Origin: Chloropicon primus
Lineage: Eukaryota
Direction of reading: 5' to 3'
DNA length: 64,000 nt
NCBI GenBank assembly: GCA_023205875.1
Contig: CP060755.1
Location: 186,001 to 250,000, forward strand
Shown here: positions 22,578 through 33,874 of the stretch, piece after piece
How positions within the stretch are numbered: position 1 is the first letter of the stretch
How the letters are laid out: each line of letters begins with the position of its first letter
Notes under the pieces: generated by a model
Told to the model about the DNA's origin: nothing
Seen by the model: the letters and a program-made list of their open reading frames with translations, nothing else
Databases searched by the model: none
Made by a program: the position numbers and the translations under genes

Positions 22578-24401
22578 ATGGCAGAAGCAGGGGGCGGACC
22601 ACGGCCGCGGCCGCGGTGGACCTGGGTCGTGGTGGTGGTGGCCGTGGTGGTGGGAGACCTTCTAGGAGGCGTCACTTGCAGGAGGAGGGCCGGGGTTGTT
22701 GGGAAGGAGACAGCGAGGGACCTCATCGGATGGAGGGGCGAAATTCACAAAGTCGAGAACGCGAAGCCAGAAGATGGAAAGCCTTTCGTCCTCACCGAGT
22801 TCTGGGAGCAGGACGTGAACCAGCCGATGGGGTTAGACCAGTGGGTCGCTTGGTACGCGGGGTACAAGGGCTTCCCTTTGGACGACGTGGCTGGCCTCCT
22901 GATGGAGAGGAGAGACGCCCACCAAAAAAAGCAGCCAACGAAACCGTGCATGCCTCTCTCCAAGTTCGTGTCGGCTGGCGAGGAAGCGAGGATGTTCGAC
23001 CAGGGGCGGAAAAAGGGCAGCGGCATCAAGTCCTTCCGTGTGTTCCCCCAAGCCGGCTTGGCGGAGAGGGGGGTCCTCCCAGGGTACGCCCACATGGCTA
23101 CTCTGGCGGTGTCCCCCAATGGATCCATTGCCTTGGCCTTTCAAGCGAGTCCAGGCATCGAAGGTGCGGACGCGCAGAGAATCCAATTGGCGTTCACCAA
23201 AGGCAGGAGTGTGGAGTCCTGGTGGCCTGCAGGACCCGTGCCGGTGAAGCAGGGTGGTGGCCACTTCAAAGATCCGGAAAACAAGTTCGTCACCTCGGCG
23301 CAGTGGGGGCCGGTCCTGCACGAGGACAGGGAGGATGGGAGACTCCTTCTCATTTACAGCGAGTCGACGGGGGACTGCCACGAGCCGGCGAGCCCTGAAG
23401 ATGGCCACGATGGGCGGTGGGTGGTTGGGGGAGACGTGAGGGTGTCGCCCCTCCTGGATCACGGCGACGGCGGGGATTGGGGTCCTCCCAGGTCGATTCA
23501 TAAGCAGAACGAGGGCAAGGTGCCTAAAATCACTGCGAACGGGGCGATCGTGCACAGCAGTGGAAGTTGGATCCTGCCTTTCTGGAGGCAAAAGCCTCGG
23601 CACATATTCATCCACGATCCAGAGACCGACCAGACGACTCGGAGGTGCAACGGGCCCAAGCGCGAGAAGAGAAGGACGTCCGCGGCTGTTCTCATTTCTA
23701 AGGACAGGGGCAAGACTTGGCGCTCAAGCCCAAAGCCAATCGAGTCGAGAACAGCAGGCTGGCTGATCGAAAACACGCTGGTGGAGCTGTCGGACGCGAG
23801 TCTCCTTATGCTTTTTCGAACGAAGGCAGGAGCAGTCTTCTCGTGCAAGTCGGTGGACGGGGGTGAGACGTGGAGCACCGCCGCTGTCATAGAGGAGCTC
23901 GTCAACACTGACTCCAAGATTCATCTGATCAAGCTGAGGGACGGGAGGTTGCTGCTTGCCTTCAATGATCACCCGAGGCCCTTCGTCCACGACAGGGCGA
24001 AGAACGAACTGGTCGCGAGCCGAGAGAGGACTCGGATGGTTGTCTCCATTTCGAGCGACGAGGGGAGCACGTGGAAGAGGCTGTTCCGGATCGACGAGCC
24101 CTCAGAATCTGCCCCGAGCGGGGGCATCCTATCCGGGTTCTTCGGCAACCCGGAAGCGAGCAAGCGAGTCGTCGATGACGACTTTCCGAATCAAGACTCC
24201 GAGAATCCCTTCCAGTTGCGTGACATGGACGAGACGAGCGACCTCGCTGTCCAATACCACTACCCTTGGCTCCTGGAGCTCCCCCAGGACCAGTCCGGAC
24301 CCGAGTGCTCCGTGCTGATCGCGTACACGAAATCAAGGTTAAACGTCGTGTCGCAGAAGACCAACGGGCACGAAATCTGGGTCTCTTGTATTCCATTGTA
24401 A
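22578..24401 (+). CDS. BNR/Asp-box sialidase-like beta-propeller with N-terminal membrane anchor or signal
   Basis: Asp boxes ISKDRGKTW, SVDGGETWS, SSDEGSTW; YAHMATLA motif; C-terminal YHYP. Confidence 0.82.
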   Translation: MAEAGGGPRPRPRWTWVVVVVAVVVGDLLGGVTCRRRAGVVGKETARDLIGWRGEIHKVENAKPEDGKPFVLTEFWEQDVNQPMGLDQWVAWYAGYKGFPLDDVAGLLMERRDAHQKKQPTKPCMPLSKFVSAGEEARMFDQGRKKGSGIKSFRVFPQAGLAERGVLPGYAHMATLAVSPNGSIALAFQASPGIEGADAQRIQLAFTKGRSVESWWPAGPVPVKQGGGHFKDPENKFVTSAQWGPVLHEDREDGRLLLIYSESTGDCHEPASPEDGHDGRWVVGGDVRVSPLLDHGDGGDWGPPRSIHKQNEGKVPKITANGAIVHSSGSWILPFWRQKPRHIFIHDPETDQTTRRCNGPKREKRRTSAAVLISKDRGKTWRSSPKPIESRTAGWLIENTLVELSDASLLMLFRTKAGAVFSCKSVDGGETWSTAAVIEELVNTDSKIHLIKLRDGRLLLAFNDHPRPFVHDRAKNELVASRERTRMVVSISSDEGSTWKRLFRIDEPSESAPSGGILSGFFGNPEASKRVVDDDFPNQDSENPFQLRDMDETSDLAVQYHYPWLLELPQDQSGPECSVLIAYTKSRLNVVSQKTNGHEIWVSCIPL

Positions 24402-24697
24402 ATCATCCTATTCTTTTCCTCGCCCTGGTCCAGAGTGCCGCATCGTCCATCATCCAATCGTCCATCATCCCTCCCTCCTCCTCCTCGGTGACATGTCCAA
24501 AGATTGGATCTTGGCCTTTGCGGGCGAGACGGGGATCCGGCCCTTCGTAGAGTACGAACGGAGACGCCTTGCTAGCAAGTAGGCCAGGGATGGCGACGCA
24601 CTGTGGCACATTATCTTCAAGCAGAACCCCTTCTCTCCACAGCACCTTTCAACTTTCGCTGGTGCGTTGAAAGTCTGGGAGGATCTGCAAGACAGCC

Positions 24698-26704
24698 ATG
24701 GGGGCGAGGGGAGGGACCTTGCAGTTGCTTTGCAAGCTGTTCCTCGCGCTGTGCGTGCTGCAGTCCGTGGGTTGTAGAAGGACGCCGGGCGTGCCGAAGG
24801 GGGAGATCCTGAGCAGGCTCACCAAGCTCTCAGTGCACAGAAACAGCACGGGGCCGACTGCTCTCGGAGGGAACGTGAAGTTTGGGCTGCACGAGTGTGA
24901 AAACTACTTGGACGTGCCCAGCGTGAAGGGTCCGCAAAGGCCCTGCAGTGGCAAGCACTATGCAGAGTGGTCTCAGGCGTCCGTATTGGTGTACAAGCCC
25001 AAGGACGTGAGGACGCTGGTCGAGGCTGCGGCGGCGAGGAAGGTGAAGGAAATCATCGTATTCGAGCAGCTGCGAGACAGTCCGGATGGAGTTCTGATCG
25101 ACTCGCTCACGGGAGCCAACCACTTCATCGTGTTCTCTAGCAGAGATGTGGACGCCGCGCACGCGTTCAACAAGATGGGGCAGATGGCGAACAGCGACCT
25201 GCTTGTCATGATAGTTGGGGGGCAGGAAGGCGACTTGGAGGGGGCCCTCGCTGGCAAAGTCTTGGACAACTTTAAGAGAGACGCCAAGCTCGGGGCTCTT
25301 ACGACGTCTTTTTCTGTGGGTCTGGACGGGTCGAAGGGGTCGACTCCGGCCGGGACGAAAACTTCAGTTAGCGCGGCACTCTTCGGCCCTCTGGTTGCGC
25401 GGAGGTCTGCTTTCATGGATTCCGGGATGTTTCACACGGGGTACTCGAACGACTGCCTCCAGCTGAACGCCTTGGACCTCAGCGTGAGGCTCGGCAATCT
25501 CGGCTACGCGGTTGCGTCGTTTCCAAGCGGCAGCAGCGGCGGCGGGCAGGGGGACGGGTTGGCCTCTCTGAGGAACCTTGACACCGCGGCCTGCAAGGCG
25601 TTGGGGGAAAACGTGTATGCCAGGCTGGAAGGGGGGAGCAAGAGGGCGTGCTACCGAGCGTCAGACTTCCAAAAGTCGACGCCGCTGGGGTCCCTCGTTG
25701 TACAGTATTTCAAGCGCTCGGGGAACATCAAGAGCATCGTGGACTCCTTTAAGCCGTACAAGACCAAGGCGGAGTTGATCATAAACGACGACTCGAGATC
25801 CGACTACGAGGAGTGGGCCAAGGCGCTGCGGGGGTGGAACGGCTTCCTCGTCTACTCCCCAGACATCCACGAGATTCGAGGCTACAACCGGCTCACAAAG
25901 TTTGCGGACTCGGAGCTGATGGTCTACTTGCAGGACGACGATCTCGGTGCGGAGAATTTGGACTGGCTGTCCAAAGCTCAGAAGCTCTTCGCGAACCAGG
26001 GGGACATGGCCTTGCTCGGAGGCTTTCGGGGCAGGATGGACTTCGGCACGACTTACAGCAGGAAGCACCTGATCAACGGCCCAAAGTACGGGGTCCCCAG
26101 CGACAACCCGAGGTGCTGCTTCAAGATTCCGTGGAAGGACCCCAAGAGCGGCATCCCGCTGATGTTCATCTACAAGGTCAACATGGGCCCCATGATGGCG
26201 CGGCGGAGTCTCTTCATGAAGCTGGGGATGTATCACCCGGGGTTCTCCTGCGCCGGAGACCCCGGGATCGGCTTTGACTTTGAGTTCTCCATAAGGGCGT
26301 GGAAGCTCGGGTACAAGGTGGGCCTGACGGTATCGGATTTCAGGAACAGGGTCGCCGGGTCGATGGACTCGGGGACGCACGCCGGGCCCCAGAAGAAGAT
26401 CAGGGACGCGAACGAGCTGGTGAACAACAGGGCGACCTACAGGATGTACCCCGGGTTCCATCACAAGCAGGGCACGAGGAAGGCGTCCTCGGCGAACAAG
26501 GACCTCAAGGGACCGAGTTACCGCGGCTACTTCACGGACAAGAAGGCCGACGAGGCCTACGACAAGACCACCAGGGGGTACAAGCGGCGCCAGCAGCGCG
26601 CCAAGAGGTACGGCACCGGATCGAGCAGGCTGCAGAGGTGGCACCAGCTCCAGGAGAGGCAGCAGAAGATGAGGAAAAAAAGGAGGGGCAAGAGGGGCCT
26701 GTGA
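24698..26704 (+). CDS. Secreted or Golgi GT-A fold (GT2-like) glycosyltransferase
   Basis: Signal peptide; LIINDDS, HEIRGYN, VYLQDDD, GFDFEFSIRAWKLGYKV. The N-half looks like a degenerate duplicate of the C-half. Confidence 0.7.
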   Translation: MGARGGTLQLLCKLFLALCVLQSVGCRRTPGVPKGEILSRLTKLSVHRNSTGPTALGGNVKFGLHECENYLDVPSVKGPQRPCSGKHYAEWSQASVLVYKPKDVRTLVEAAAARKVKEIIVFEQLRDSPDGVLIDSLTGANHFIVFSSRDVDAAHAFNKMGQMANSDLLVMIVGGQEGDLEGALAGKVLDNFKRDAKLGALTTSFSVGLDGSKGSTPAGTKTSVSAALFGPLVARRSAFMDSGMFHTGYSNDCLQLNALDLSVRLGNLGYAVASFPSGSSGGGQGDGLASLRNLDTAACKALGENVYARLEGGSKRACYRASDFQKSTPLGSLVVQYFKRSGNIKSIVDSFKPYKTKAELIINDDSRSDYEEWAKALRGWNGFLVYSPDIHEIRGYNRLTKFADSELMVYLQDDDLGAENLDWLSKAQKLFANQGDMALLGGFRGRMDFGTTYSRKHLINGPKYGVPSDNPRCCFKIPWKDPKSGIPLMFIYKVNMGPMMARRSLFMKLGMYHPGFSCAGDPGIGFDFEFSIRAWKLGYKVGLTVSDFRNRVAGSMDSGTHAGPQKKIRDANELVNNRATYRMYPGFHHKQGTRKASSANKDLKGPSYRGYFTDKKADEAYDKTTRGYKRRQQRAKRYGTGSSRLQRWHQLQERQQKMRKKRRGKRGL

Positions 26705-26763
26705 CGGGTATATTCCAGGTGGACCACGTCTATTATTATTTGGATATAAGATGCTTAAAAGAC

Positions 26764-27840
26764 TTACGAAGAAGAAGAAGAAGAAGGGGTTGCCTCGATC
26801 GCCTCGTACCCGTCCGGGATGAACCACCTCTCCTTGAGCTCCTCGCTCACCGAGAGGGTCTCCACCCTAGGAGCGATGTGGTGCATCATCTCTTCATGAA
26901 CCAGGCCATTGCTCGCGAGGAGGGACTTGTCGAACACCGTGTACGGCCGACCGTCCAGCGTCGTGACCTTGCCCCCGCTCTCCTCCACGATGAGAACGCC
27001 CGCGCACACGTCCCAAGGCTTGAGGTAGAACTCGTGGTACGCCTCGGTGACGCCCAGGGCCACCTGGCAGAGATCCGCCGCGGCCGCGCCCAGGCGCCTC
27101 ACGCCCCTGCTCACGTCCGTGAAGTGCTTGAAGAAGTCCATGTTCATGGCCCAAGCCTCGCCGTGGTCGTACCCGAACCCCGTCACCAGCAGGGCGTCCT
27201 GCACGGAGTCCCTGTCGCTCACGGAGATGGGCTCCCCGTTGCACGTCGCGCCAAGGCCCCGCCCCACGGCGTACGCCCTCGTGCCCCAGCAGGAGGGTCC
27301 CCCCGTGAACTCCACCACGCTGCCCGCCACGGCGACGCCCTTGTACAGCAGCCCGACGCTCGTGGCGAAGGACGGGAAGCCGTGCGCGAAGTTCGTCGTG
27401 CCGTCCAGGGGATCGATGCACCACAAAAAGTCCGAGTCAGGGTTCCCCGTGTACCCGCCCTCCTCGCCCAGGATCATGTGGTCGCCCCCGAGCTCCCGCC
27501 GCAGATACGCCAGGATTGCGTCCTCCGTCATCTTGTCCGTCCTCGTCACGAGGTCCGACGCGTTCCTCTTGGTCTCCAATCCCTCCACGGGCTTATCCAG
27601 GGCCTCCCAAATCACTTGGCTCCCGATCCTCGCGGCCTCCGACGCGGTGTCCCGAAGGAAGGGGACGTCGACGCCGTCGAGACCGAGATCGAGTTCGACG
27701 GGGAGAGCGCGAGGACAGATGAAACCGCCACGCTGCCGCCGACCCACCAAACCCTTTACGCTTCTCCTGCTCCTGCCCACCCTCCATCGCGGGGGCCGAC
27801 TCGTCCCTGTCCCCGTCCCCATGATCATTCTCATTCTCAA
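26764..27840 (-). CDS. IMPL1: Plastid inositol monophosphatase-like protein
   Basis: DLVTRTD, ILGEEG, WCIDPLDGTTNFAHG, RRLGAAAADLC, KPWDVCAG. Confidence 0.9.
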   Translation of the reverse strand: MRMRMIMGTGTGTSRPPRWRVGRSRRSVKGLVGRRQRGGFICPRALPVELDLGLDGVDVPFLRDTASEAARIGSQVIWEALDKPVEGLETKRNASDLVTRTDKMTEDAILAYLRRELGGDHMILGEEGGYTGNPDSDFLWCIDPLDGTTNFAHGFPSFATSVGLLYKGVAVAGSVVEFTGGPSCWGTRAYAVGRGLGATCNGEPISVSDRDSVQDALLVTGFGYDHGEAWAMNMDFFKHFTDVSRGVRRLGAAAADLCQVALGVTEAYHEFYLKPWDVCAGVLIVEESGGKVTTLDGRPYTVFDKSLLASNGLVHEEMMHHIAPRVETLSVSEELKERWFIPDGYEAIEATPSSSSSS

Positions 27841-28020
27841 TTCTCCTCTCCAAAGTTTTCGTTGAACTTTTTCTGGCTTTTTGATTCTTCAAAAACATAA
27901 GGTGTGATTTCTACGCGTCACGTGACCCCGGGTTTGCCGAGATTTTCATCCGCATCCGAGCTGGCGAAAAAGAGAACAGCCTCGACCTCGACGACGAGGA
28001 CGACGAGAGAGGAAGACGAA

Positions 28021-28054
<34 letters not shown>

Positions 28055-28191
28055 CGCTCGCTCGCTCTTGGTCCCTTGCGCTCTTTCTTTCGCGGCGCGC
28101 AAGCGTGGTTGTTTTTTCTGTAGGGGGCTTTGTTTCCTATTTTTTTGTGTGTTGTTGGCGATCCCCCCTTGATTGAGGGGAAAAAGGATTA

Positions 28192-29073
28192 ATGACGACG
28201 ATGGCGACGATGGCGAGGTGCGCTGCCGCCCTCCCGACCCTCCCGGCTCGCCGCCGCCGGAGGGCCGCCCGATGTCCCCACGACGTGGCCGCGGGGTCGC
28301 TGAGGAGGTCGAGGAGCCTCGACGCAAAGGCCGTGTCCCTGGACGGACTGGGCCGGATGGAGGAGCAGGATGGGGGCAGGGGCGACCGCCACGGGGGTCC
28401 TGGCCACCCCTTGGCCCTGGCCTCCGCGCTGGCGCTCCCCATCGCCGCGGTTCGGAAGGGCCTCGAGTCCCGGCTCGAGGCGGACGAGGAGTTCCTCTTC
28501 AAGCTCCTCTGGGAGGTCGTCCAGGACCAGGCCATCATCGTGCTGACCGTGGTGGGGAGCTGCGGCCTTCCCGCGTTCTGGACGCCGGAGCAGCTCGCGA
28601 GCGCCTGTCTGCTCCACGCCACGGCCTTCTTCAACGACATCCTCCTGGTGTACTTCCTCGCGGCGACGACGACCGAACATGTGGGCGAGCCCGGGAAGCG
28701 CCTGGCCCACATGTTCCAGCCCTCGGAGACCGCGACGCTGGGCGACCGGTGGGCGTGCTGGCTCGACAAGTTCTGCCTCTACGGCCCCCTCGGCCTGGGC
28801 ACGGCGCTCGTGTCGCACGTCATCATGTCCGCCGTGTTCCTCAAGGACCCGTCGATGCTGAGCCCGGCCCACGTCCTCAAGGTCGGTCTCGTGGGCCTGC
28901 TCCACCTGGGGATCTCCTCCAACACGAGGTACCAGGTGGTCAACGGGGCGGACGTCCTCTACTACAAGGTGCTTGACAAGGGGGCGGCGAGGTCCGCGAC
29001 GATGGCCTCCAGACTCGTCAACCAGGTGGTCGGGGGGAGGATGTTCCTCTGGCTCTCCGCCCTCATCCTCTAA
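28192..29073 (+). CDS. RETICULATA-related (DUF3411) plastid membrane protein
   Basis: RLEADEEFLFKL..EV, HMFQP....LGDR.AC..DK..LYG, HLGISSNTRYQVVNG. Confidence 0.82.
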   Translation: MTTMATMARCAAALPTLPARRRRRAARCPHDVAAGSLRRSRSLDAKAVSLDGLGRMEEQDGGRGDRHGGPGHPLALASALALPIAAVRKGLESRLEADEEFLFKLLWEVVQDQAIIVLTVVGSCGLPAFWTPEQLASACLLHATAFFNDILLVYFLAATTTEHVGEPGKRLAHMFQPSETATLGDRWACWLDKFCLYGPLGLGTALVSHVIMSAVFLKDPSMLSPAHVLKVGLVGLLHLGISSNTRYQVVNGADVLYYKVLDKGAARSATMASRLVNQVVGGRMFLWLSALIL

Positions 29074-29153
29074 GTTATCAGGCGCACGTGACCCCCCTCT
29101 CCATTCTTTTTCCTTGTAAACTAGTATAAAGCCTCTTTCTTTTGAACATTGTT

Positions 29154-30644
29154 TTAATACGTGCTGTTGCCGTCCATGTCGAGCAAGTTCAAGCTCTTCA
29201 GGCGGCGCTCCTGGTAGTACTCCTTGAAGGGAATTTGGGCCTTCTCGGCCCGGAAGAACTTGACGAGCGACCGGAGGGTCCTCTTCTCCACCAGCCTGGC
29301 CTCGACCGCGATCCTGGCGTTCGAGTGCTTCGAGCCCCCGTCCGCCGCGAGCCGCGCCAGGATCTCCTCGTCCTCCTCGATCGAGGTGGGAAACTCCGCC
29401 AGGGCCTCCTCGCAGGACTGGATCATGCTGACGCAAACGTTGGTCTCGTTCTCCCTGCTCACCGGGTCCTTCATGAAGCCCCAGATCTCGCTCCGGAACA
29501 CCGGCTCGAGGAGGAAGGCGTCGAAGCCCTCGAGCTTGACCAGCCTCAGGAAGGCCAGGACGTCGCCGGGGACGCTGCCCTCCGAGACCGCAAAGCTCTC
29601 CCTCACCTGGAGCCCGGCGGCCTCCTCGACCACGTCGCACTTGTCCAAGTAGTTGGGGTCGTTCTCGTCAAGCTCGAGGGTGAGCTCCATCCCCCCGGAC
29701 GGGGCCTCCACGTCGAACACGCCGTAGTCCACCAGAATGTCGATCTCAGCCTTCGCGGGATCAAAGTCGTACGCGAGCACGTCGCCCTCCTGCAGACTCC
29801 GGGTCGCGAGGAGGTCCAGGGTCTCGTCCTTCTTGAAGATGCCGCTCGACGCGAACTTGCTGTTGCAGTTGGTCCGCCTGCCGTGGGACAGGATGTTCAG
29901 CACCGGCACGAGCCGCAGGGCTTGGGGCTGGGAGAAGGGCCTCAGCGCGTTCGTCTTGAGCGCCCCGAAGGCCCAAAAGAAGTCCTCCCTGGACACCCGG
30001 CCCGCCAGGCCCAGCACCGGGTAGACGAACTCCTCCATCTGCAGCGACGTGGTCTCGAGGTACTCGTTGTACGCCTTGAGCTTCTCGAAGGTCTGCGTGC
30101 ACTGGAGCTCCAGGAGGTCGGCCTCGTCCCACAGGAGCGGGTGCCTCCGAAACGTTCTCGAGTCGTCCAGGGCCCGCAGCAGGGGCATCCACTTGCCCTC
30201 CTCGTCGCCGGCTCGAAACCGCAGGAGAACCAGCACGAGCTTCATCCAGGGCTCGAGGCCGGCGAGGGACCCGTCGCCGCCCGCGCCAGGGAAAACCTCA
30301 TCGAACACCGACTCGGACAGGGTCTCGTCGATGGGCACCCGGAGCAAGACATCCCCGGCATCCGCCGCGCGGCTCGCGACCAGGCAAAGCCGGCCCGCCA
30401 CCACCTCCAGGGAGCACCCCCGGAACTCCTGAACGTTGAAGGACTCCAGCCAAGACGTCTCCAGGACTCCCTCCGCCCCCACGTGAGTCCGCACGGCGTG
30501 CCCCCACCCCTTTGCCTCCGCCCGTCCTCGTCGCGCCCAGCAGGGTCCGCCGTGTCCCTTGGCCCTCCCGGGCGACGTCCTTCGCCTCCCGCTGCAGGAC
30601 GCCGCCCCTCCGGCCGAGCGGCAGCACCTCGACGCCAGCGCCAT
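29154..30644 (-). CDS. Rubisco large-subunit N-methyltransferase-like SET-domain protein
   Basis: FFWAFG, LVPVLNILSH, DAFLLEPVFRSEIWGFM..PVSRENE, EYYQERRLKSL.L. Confidence 0.85.
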   Translation of the reverse strand: MALASRCCRSAGGAASCSGRRRTSPGRAKGHGGPCWARRGRAEAKGWGHAVRTHVGAEGVLETSWLESFNVQEFRGCSLEVVAGRLCLVASRAADAGDVLLRVPIDETLSESVFDEVFPGAGGDGSLAGLEPWMKLVLVLLRFRAGDEEGKWMPLLRALDDSRTFRRHPLLWDEADLLELQCTQTFEKLKAYNEYLETTSLQMEEFVYPVLGLAGRVSREDFFWAFGALKTNALRPFSQPQALRLVPVLNILSHGRRTNCNSKFASSGIFKKDETLDLLATRSLQEGDVLAYDFDPAKAEIDILVDYGVFDVEAPSGGMELTLELDENDPNYLDKCDVVEEAAGLQVRESFAVSEGSVPGDVLAFLRLVKLEGFDAFLLEPVFRSEIWGFMKDPVSRENETNVCVSMIQSCEEALAEFPTSIEEDEEILARLAADGGSKHSNARIAVEARLVEKRTLRSLVKFFRAEKAQIPFKEYYQERRLKSLNLLDMDGNSTY

Positions 30645-30973
30645 GATGATTGATCGTCAACAATAACGTGATCCCGGACTGGTGGATGAGCGAGCTCGCT
30701 GCGATCTCCGATCTCCAAGGAGGGGGGAAAAGGGAGGGAGGACAGAGAGATCGTGGGGGTCATGGAGGGTTTGGGGAAAGCCGCGGCAGGACGGGAGCTA
30801 CGGAGGGAAGCACGACTGGGGTGGAGGACGGCTTCAAGGAGCTCCTCTTCCGAGGGCGCGCACACAAGACTCATTTATGTCTTCTGCTGCAATGAAAAAC
30901 AAAGATTTATACATCACTGAGTTTGAGTGGTGCCTTATTATTTTTCCTTTACGCTTAAATCGAATTATTACAT

Positions 30974-32050
30974 CTACAACTTGTTGAAAGACAAGATATC
31001 CACGGACTGAACGAGCTCGGACTGGACCTCCTCGTCCTCGTCCAAGAGCAAAATGTCCTTCTCGATGATCTCGTCGAAGGATGGGATCTTGGTGTCCTCG
31101 ATCACAGCGGTCATCTGGAGCTTCTTCATGCCGAAGGCGAAGGTGACAAGCTTGGAAGAGCCCCACAAGAGCCCGTCGTAGGTGATGGCCCTGACGTCCT
31201 CCTCCATCTTCTTGAGGTCGGTCTCGTCGTCCCATGGCTTGATATCCATAACAATAAGAGACTTGCACTTCTTCTCCTTCTCGGCGGCCCTGGCCTTGGC
31301 GGCGGCGATGACGGCCTTCTTCTTCTCCTGGGCAGCCTTCTCCTCCTCGGTCATCTCACCGAACAAGTCGAGGTCGCTGTCGCTGTCGCTATCGCTGCTG
31401 TCGTCGTCGACCTCCATCTTGGCGGCTGGAGCGCTGGCTCCGGCGCTGGCTCCGGCGAGGCCGACACCCTTACCCTGGCCTGGAAAGCTTTCTCCCAAAA
31501 GAGCTTTGATGTGGTTGTACCACCTGGCAGCGTGCGGGTACTCCTTGGCGGAAGGGGCGCTGGCCATGGCACCGAACACGGCGAGGTCATCACGAGATGC
31601 CTGGTATCTGTCGTCGTCATCGTCGTCGTCGTCGTCGTTTTCACGAGAGGGCGAGGCGGGGAGGGACAGAGAGAGAAAGAGGGAGAGGGGAGCGCGTCAG
31701 TAAAACGTTCCTCGTCGGTCGGCGGTGGCACAGATCCCCCAAACAGCATCAGCAGCATCTTCCAGAAGCGCGTGCCTCGTCAAACTTCTCTCTCTCGCGC
31801 GCGCGCGGCCCTCGGCGACTCCCGGGCCCAAAGAGGCGGGCTCCGCGAAGAGAGGCGCCCGTGGTCCGGGCGCCACTCCCCGCGCAGCGAGTCCCCCGAA
31901 GCCACGCAACGAGTCGCACGATGCCTCGTCCTTTTCTTTTCGAAAAAGAGACCCAACTCCCACTTACCCCGTAATGTAAGACTTTGTGAGGAGGAAGGTG
32001 TCGAGCTCCTTGAGTCCCTTCGCGGAAGAGAGATCGGAAAAGCTGGCCAT
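30974..32050 (-). CDS. EF1B: Translation elongation factor 1-beta; intron 31608-31967
   Basis: [83 protein letters not shown]. Confidence 0.95.
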
Positions 32051-32755
32051 AATGATTCTGTGCTGTTGTCTTAAGTGGTCTCTGTCTTGGTCTCGTGGTT
32101 GTTCTAGGCTTCCGCCGTTGCCGCTTGAGTTGTGAGTTGTGTGTGGGCCCGTACCCCTCGATCTCTGGCGGCTGACTGTAGAAATCCCGTACAACAGAGC
32201 CGCCAGAGAGAATACTCTACTTTTGGGTGTAATCGGAACATTGTTTCGGAGTCGTTCCCCTGACGATCGGCAGAAGCAATTGCACGGAGCAACGGAACGC
32301 CAGCGAGTTGACCAAGATGAAGGAGAAGATGAAGGAGAAGATGAGGTTTTAGGTTTTTTTATAGTTTTTTTAGAATGAATGGAGGATGGCATCCATCCGA
32401 TCCGATCCGATCCGATCCATCCTTCCTCCTCCTTCCTTCTTCTTCTTGTTCTTCTTCTTGTTCTTCTACCCTTGCCAAGCGATCGAGCGCTGCCCTTTGC
32501 AGTCCTCGTTCGGTCCTGCATGCGGTCCACGAATGTGCTGTATGCGGGACGAGCTCCCCTCCGTGCTTGCTCTCCCTCTCCAGCATTCGCTCGTTCTCGT
32601 CTGCCCACCCAAGCCTTCAGGCCCTCCCACCCAAGGAAGCGCCCCCTTTCCACCACCTCTGCCCTGCTGCTGCTGCTTGGTTCAACTTCAACGCCTGGTG
32701 GTGGTTCTGGCTTGCCGTGGTGGACACGCACACACGACACACATCGAGCGCACGC

Positions 32756-33649
32756 TTAGACCCTGTGCATGTCGACCCTGATGTGCAAATAGAGAGGCTT
32801 CACGCTGAGCAAGTTGAAGGTCTTCCTCATGAAGTCCGTGGGCTTCTTGTAGATCTCCAGGCAGATCTCCTTGCCGCTCTCGCCGTTGATCTCGTCCAGC
32901 TCCAGGAAGCACCACGCCTTGGTGCTCACCTTGTTCTTCTTCGCCTTGTAGTGCTTGAACTCGAAGAAGAAGCCAAAGTCGTTCTCGATCAGGCGCATCG
33001 GGGTGTTGAAGTGGACCTCCTGGTTGAAGATGACGTGGAAGGGCTTGGATATCTCCGTCGCCTTGATCTCCTCCAGCTGCTCGATGATCACGCCGTTGCT
33101 GTCCACGATGGAGAGGGTCAGCGTGGGGTCCTTGAAGATGGAGACGTCCTTGAAGCCCATCTTCGCGACGTGGAGGGTCAGCACGATGTCTCCCTGCTTC
33201 GCCAAGCTCTTGTTTTTCATGTTCGCCATGTCGTAAGAGTTCTGCCGCGAGAAGCGCTCCTTGATGTTGTTGATCTCCGAGGTGCTCATCAGGTCCCTCG
33301 AGATGGACGCCATGTCTATCGGGAACGGGCGCGTGTCGACCAGGAGGGTGTTCACGTAAGGCTCGAGGCCCTGGATGCCCGAGAAACCTATCCCGTGGTT
33401 CCTGTCATTCTTGATCTCCAAGATCCTGACTTTGAGGCACGACACGAGGTCCTTGAGGGAGTCGACCTCCTCGGCCCTCACGTCAAGCTTCTTCTCGTCC
33501 TGTATGTTCAAAATCTTCCCGCAAAGCTCCTTGTAAGCCTTGTGAGCCTCTTCAATCTGACCCCAGCTATCCCACTCCACGGCCGTCCTGTACTCCTTCC
33601 GGAGCATCTGGCTGGCCTCCTTCCTCGCGAAGGAGTCTCGTCGCGCCAT
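32756..33649 (-). CDS. AIDA: AIDA (Axin-interactor) C2-domain protein
   Basis: WDSWGQIEEA..AY, FFEFKHYKAKKNKVSTKAWCFLE.DEI, LEIYKKPTDF...L.LLS.KPLYLH. Confidence 0.85.
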   Translation of the reverse strand: MARRDSFARKEASQMLRKEYRTAVEWDSWGQIEEAHKAYKELCGKILNIQDEKKLDVRAEEVDSLKDLVSCLKVRILEIKNDRNHGIGFSGIQGLEPYVNTLLVDTRPFPIDMASISRDLMSTSEINNIKERFSRQNSYDMANMKNKSLAKQGDIVLTLHVAKMGFKDVSIFKDPTLTLSIVDSNGVIIEQLEEIKATEISKPFHVIFNQEVHFNTPMRLIENDFGFFFEFKHYKAKKNKVSTKAWCFLELDEINGESGKEICLEIYKKPTDFMRKTFNLLSVKPLYLHIRVDMHRV

Positions 33650-33849
33650 CCCTTCCTCCGCGCAACGCTCCCGCCCTGACTCCGACTAAGTTACTCTCTC
33701 TCTTGTCTTGTCCCTTCCTCCCTGCCCCCCCACCAACCCCACATCCGTGATGAGGTTTCCTTCTCCCTCCGAGGAGGCTCACCTCGTTCCTCCCACCCAA
33801 CCCACCCAATGACAGAGGGAAATGACCGACCTTGCTCCCTTCCTCGTCC

Positions 33850-33874
33850 TCCACCTGTCCTTCGAGATTTTGAA
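33850..33874. repeat. Left copy of 25-bp direct repeat (putative target-site duplication) TCCACCTGTCCTTCGAGATTTTGAA
   Basis: Identical to 38812-38836. Confidence 0.92.
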
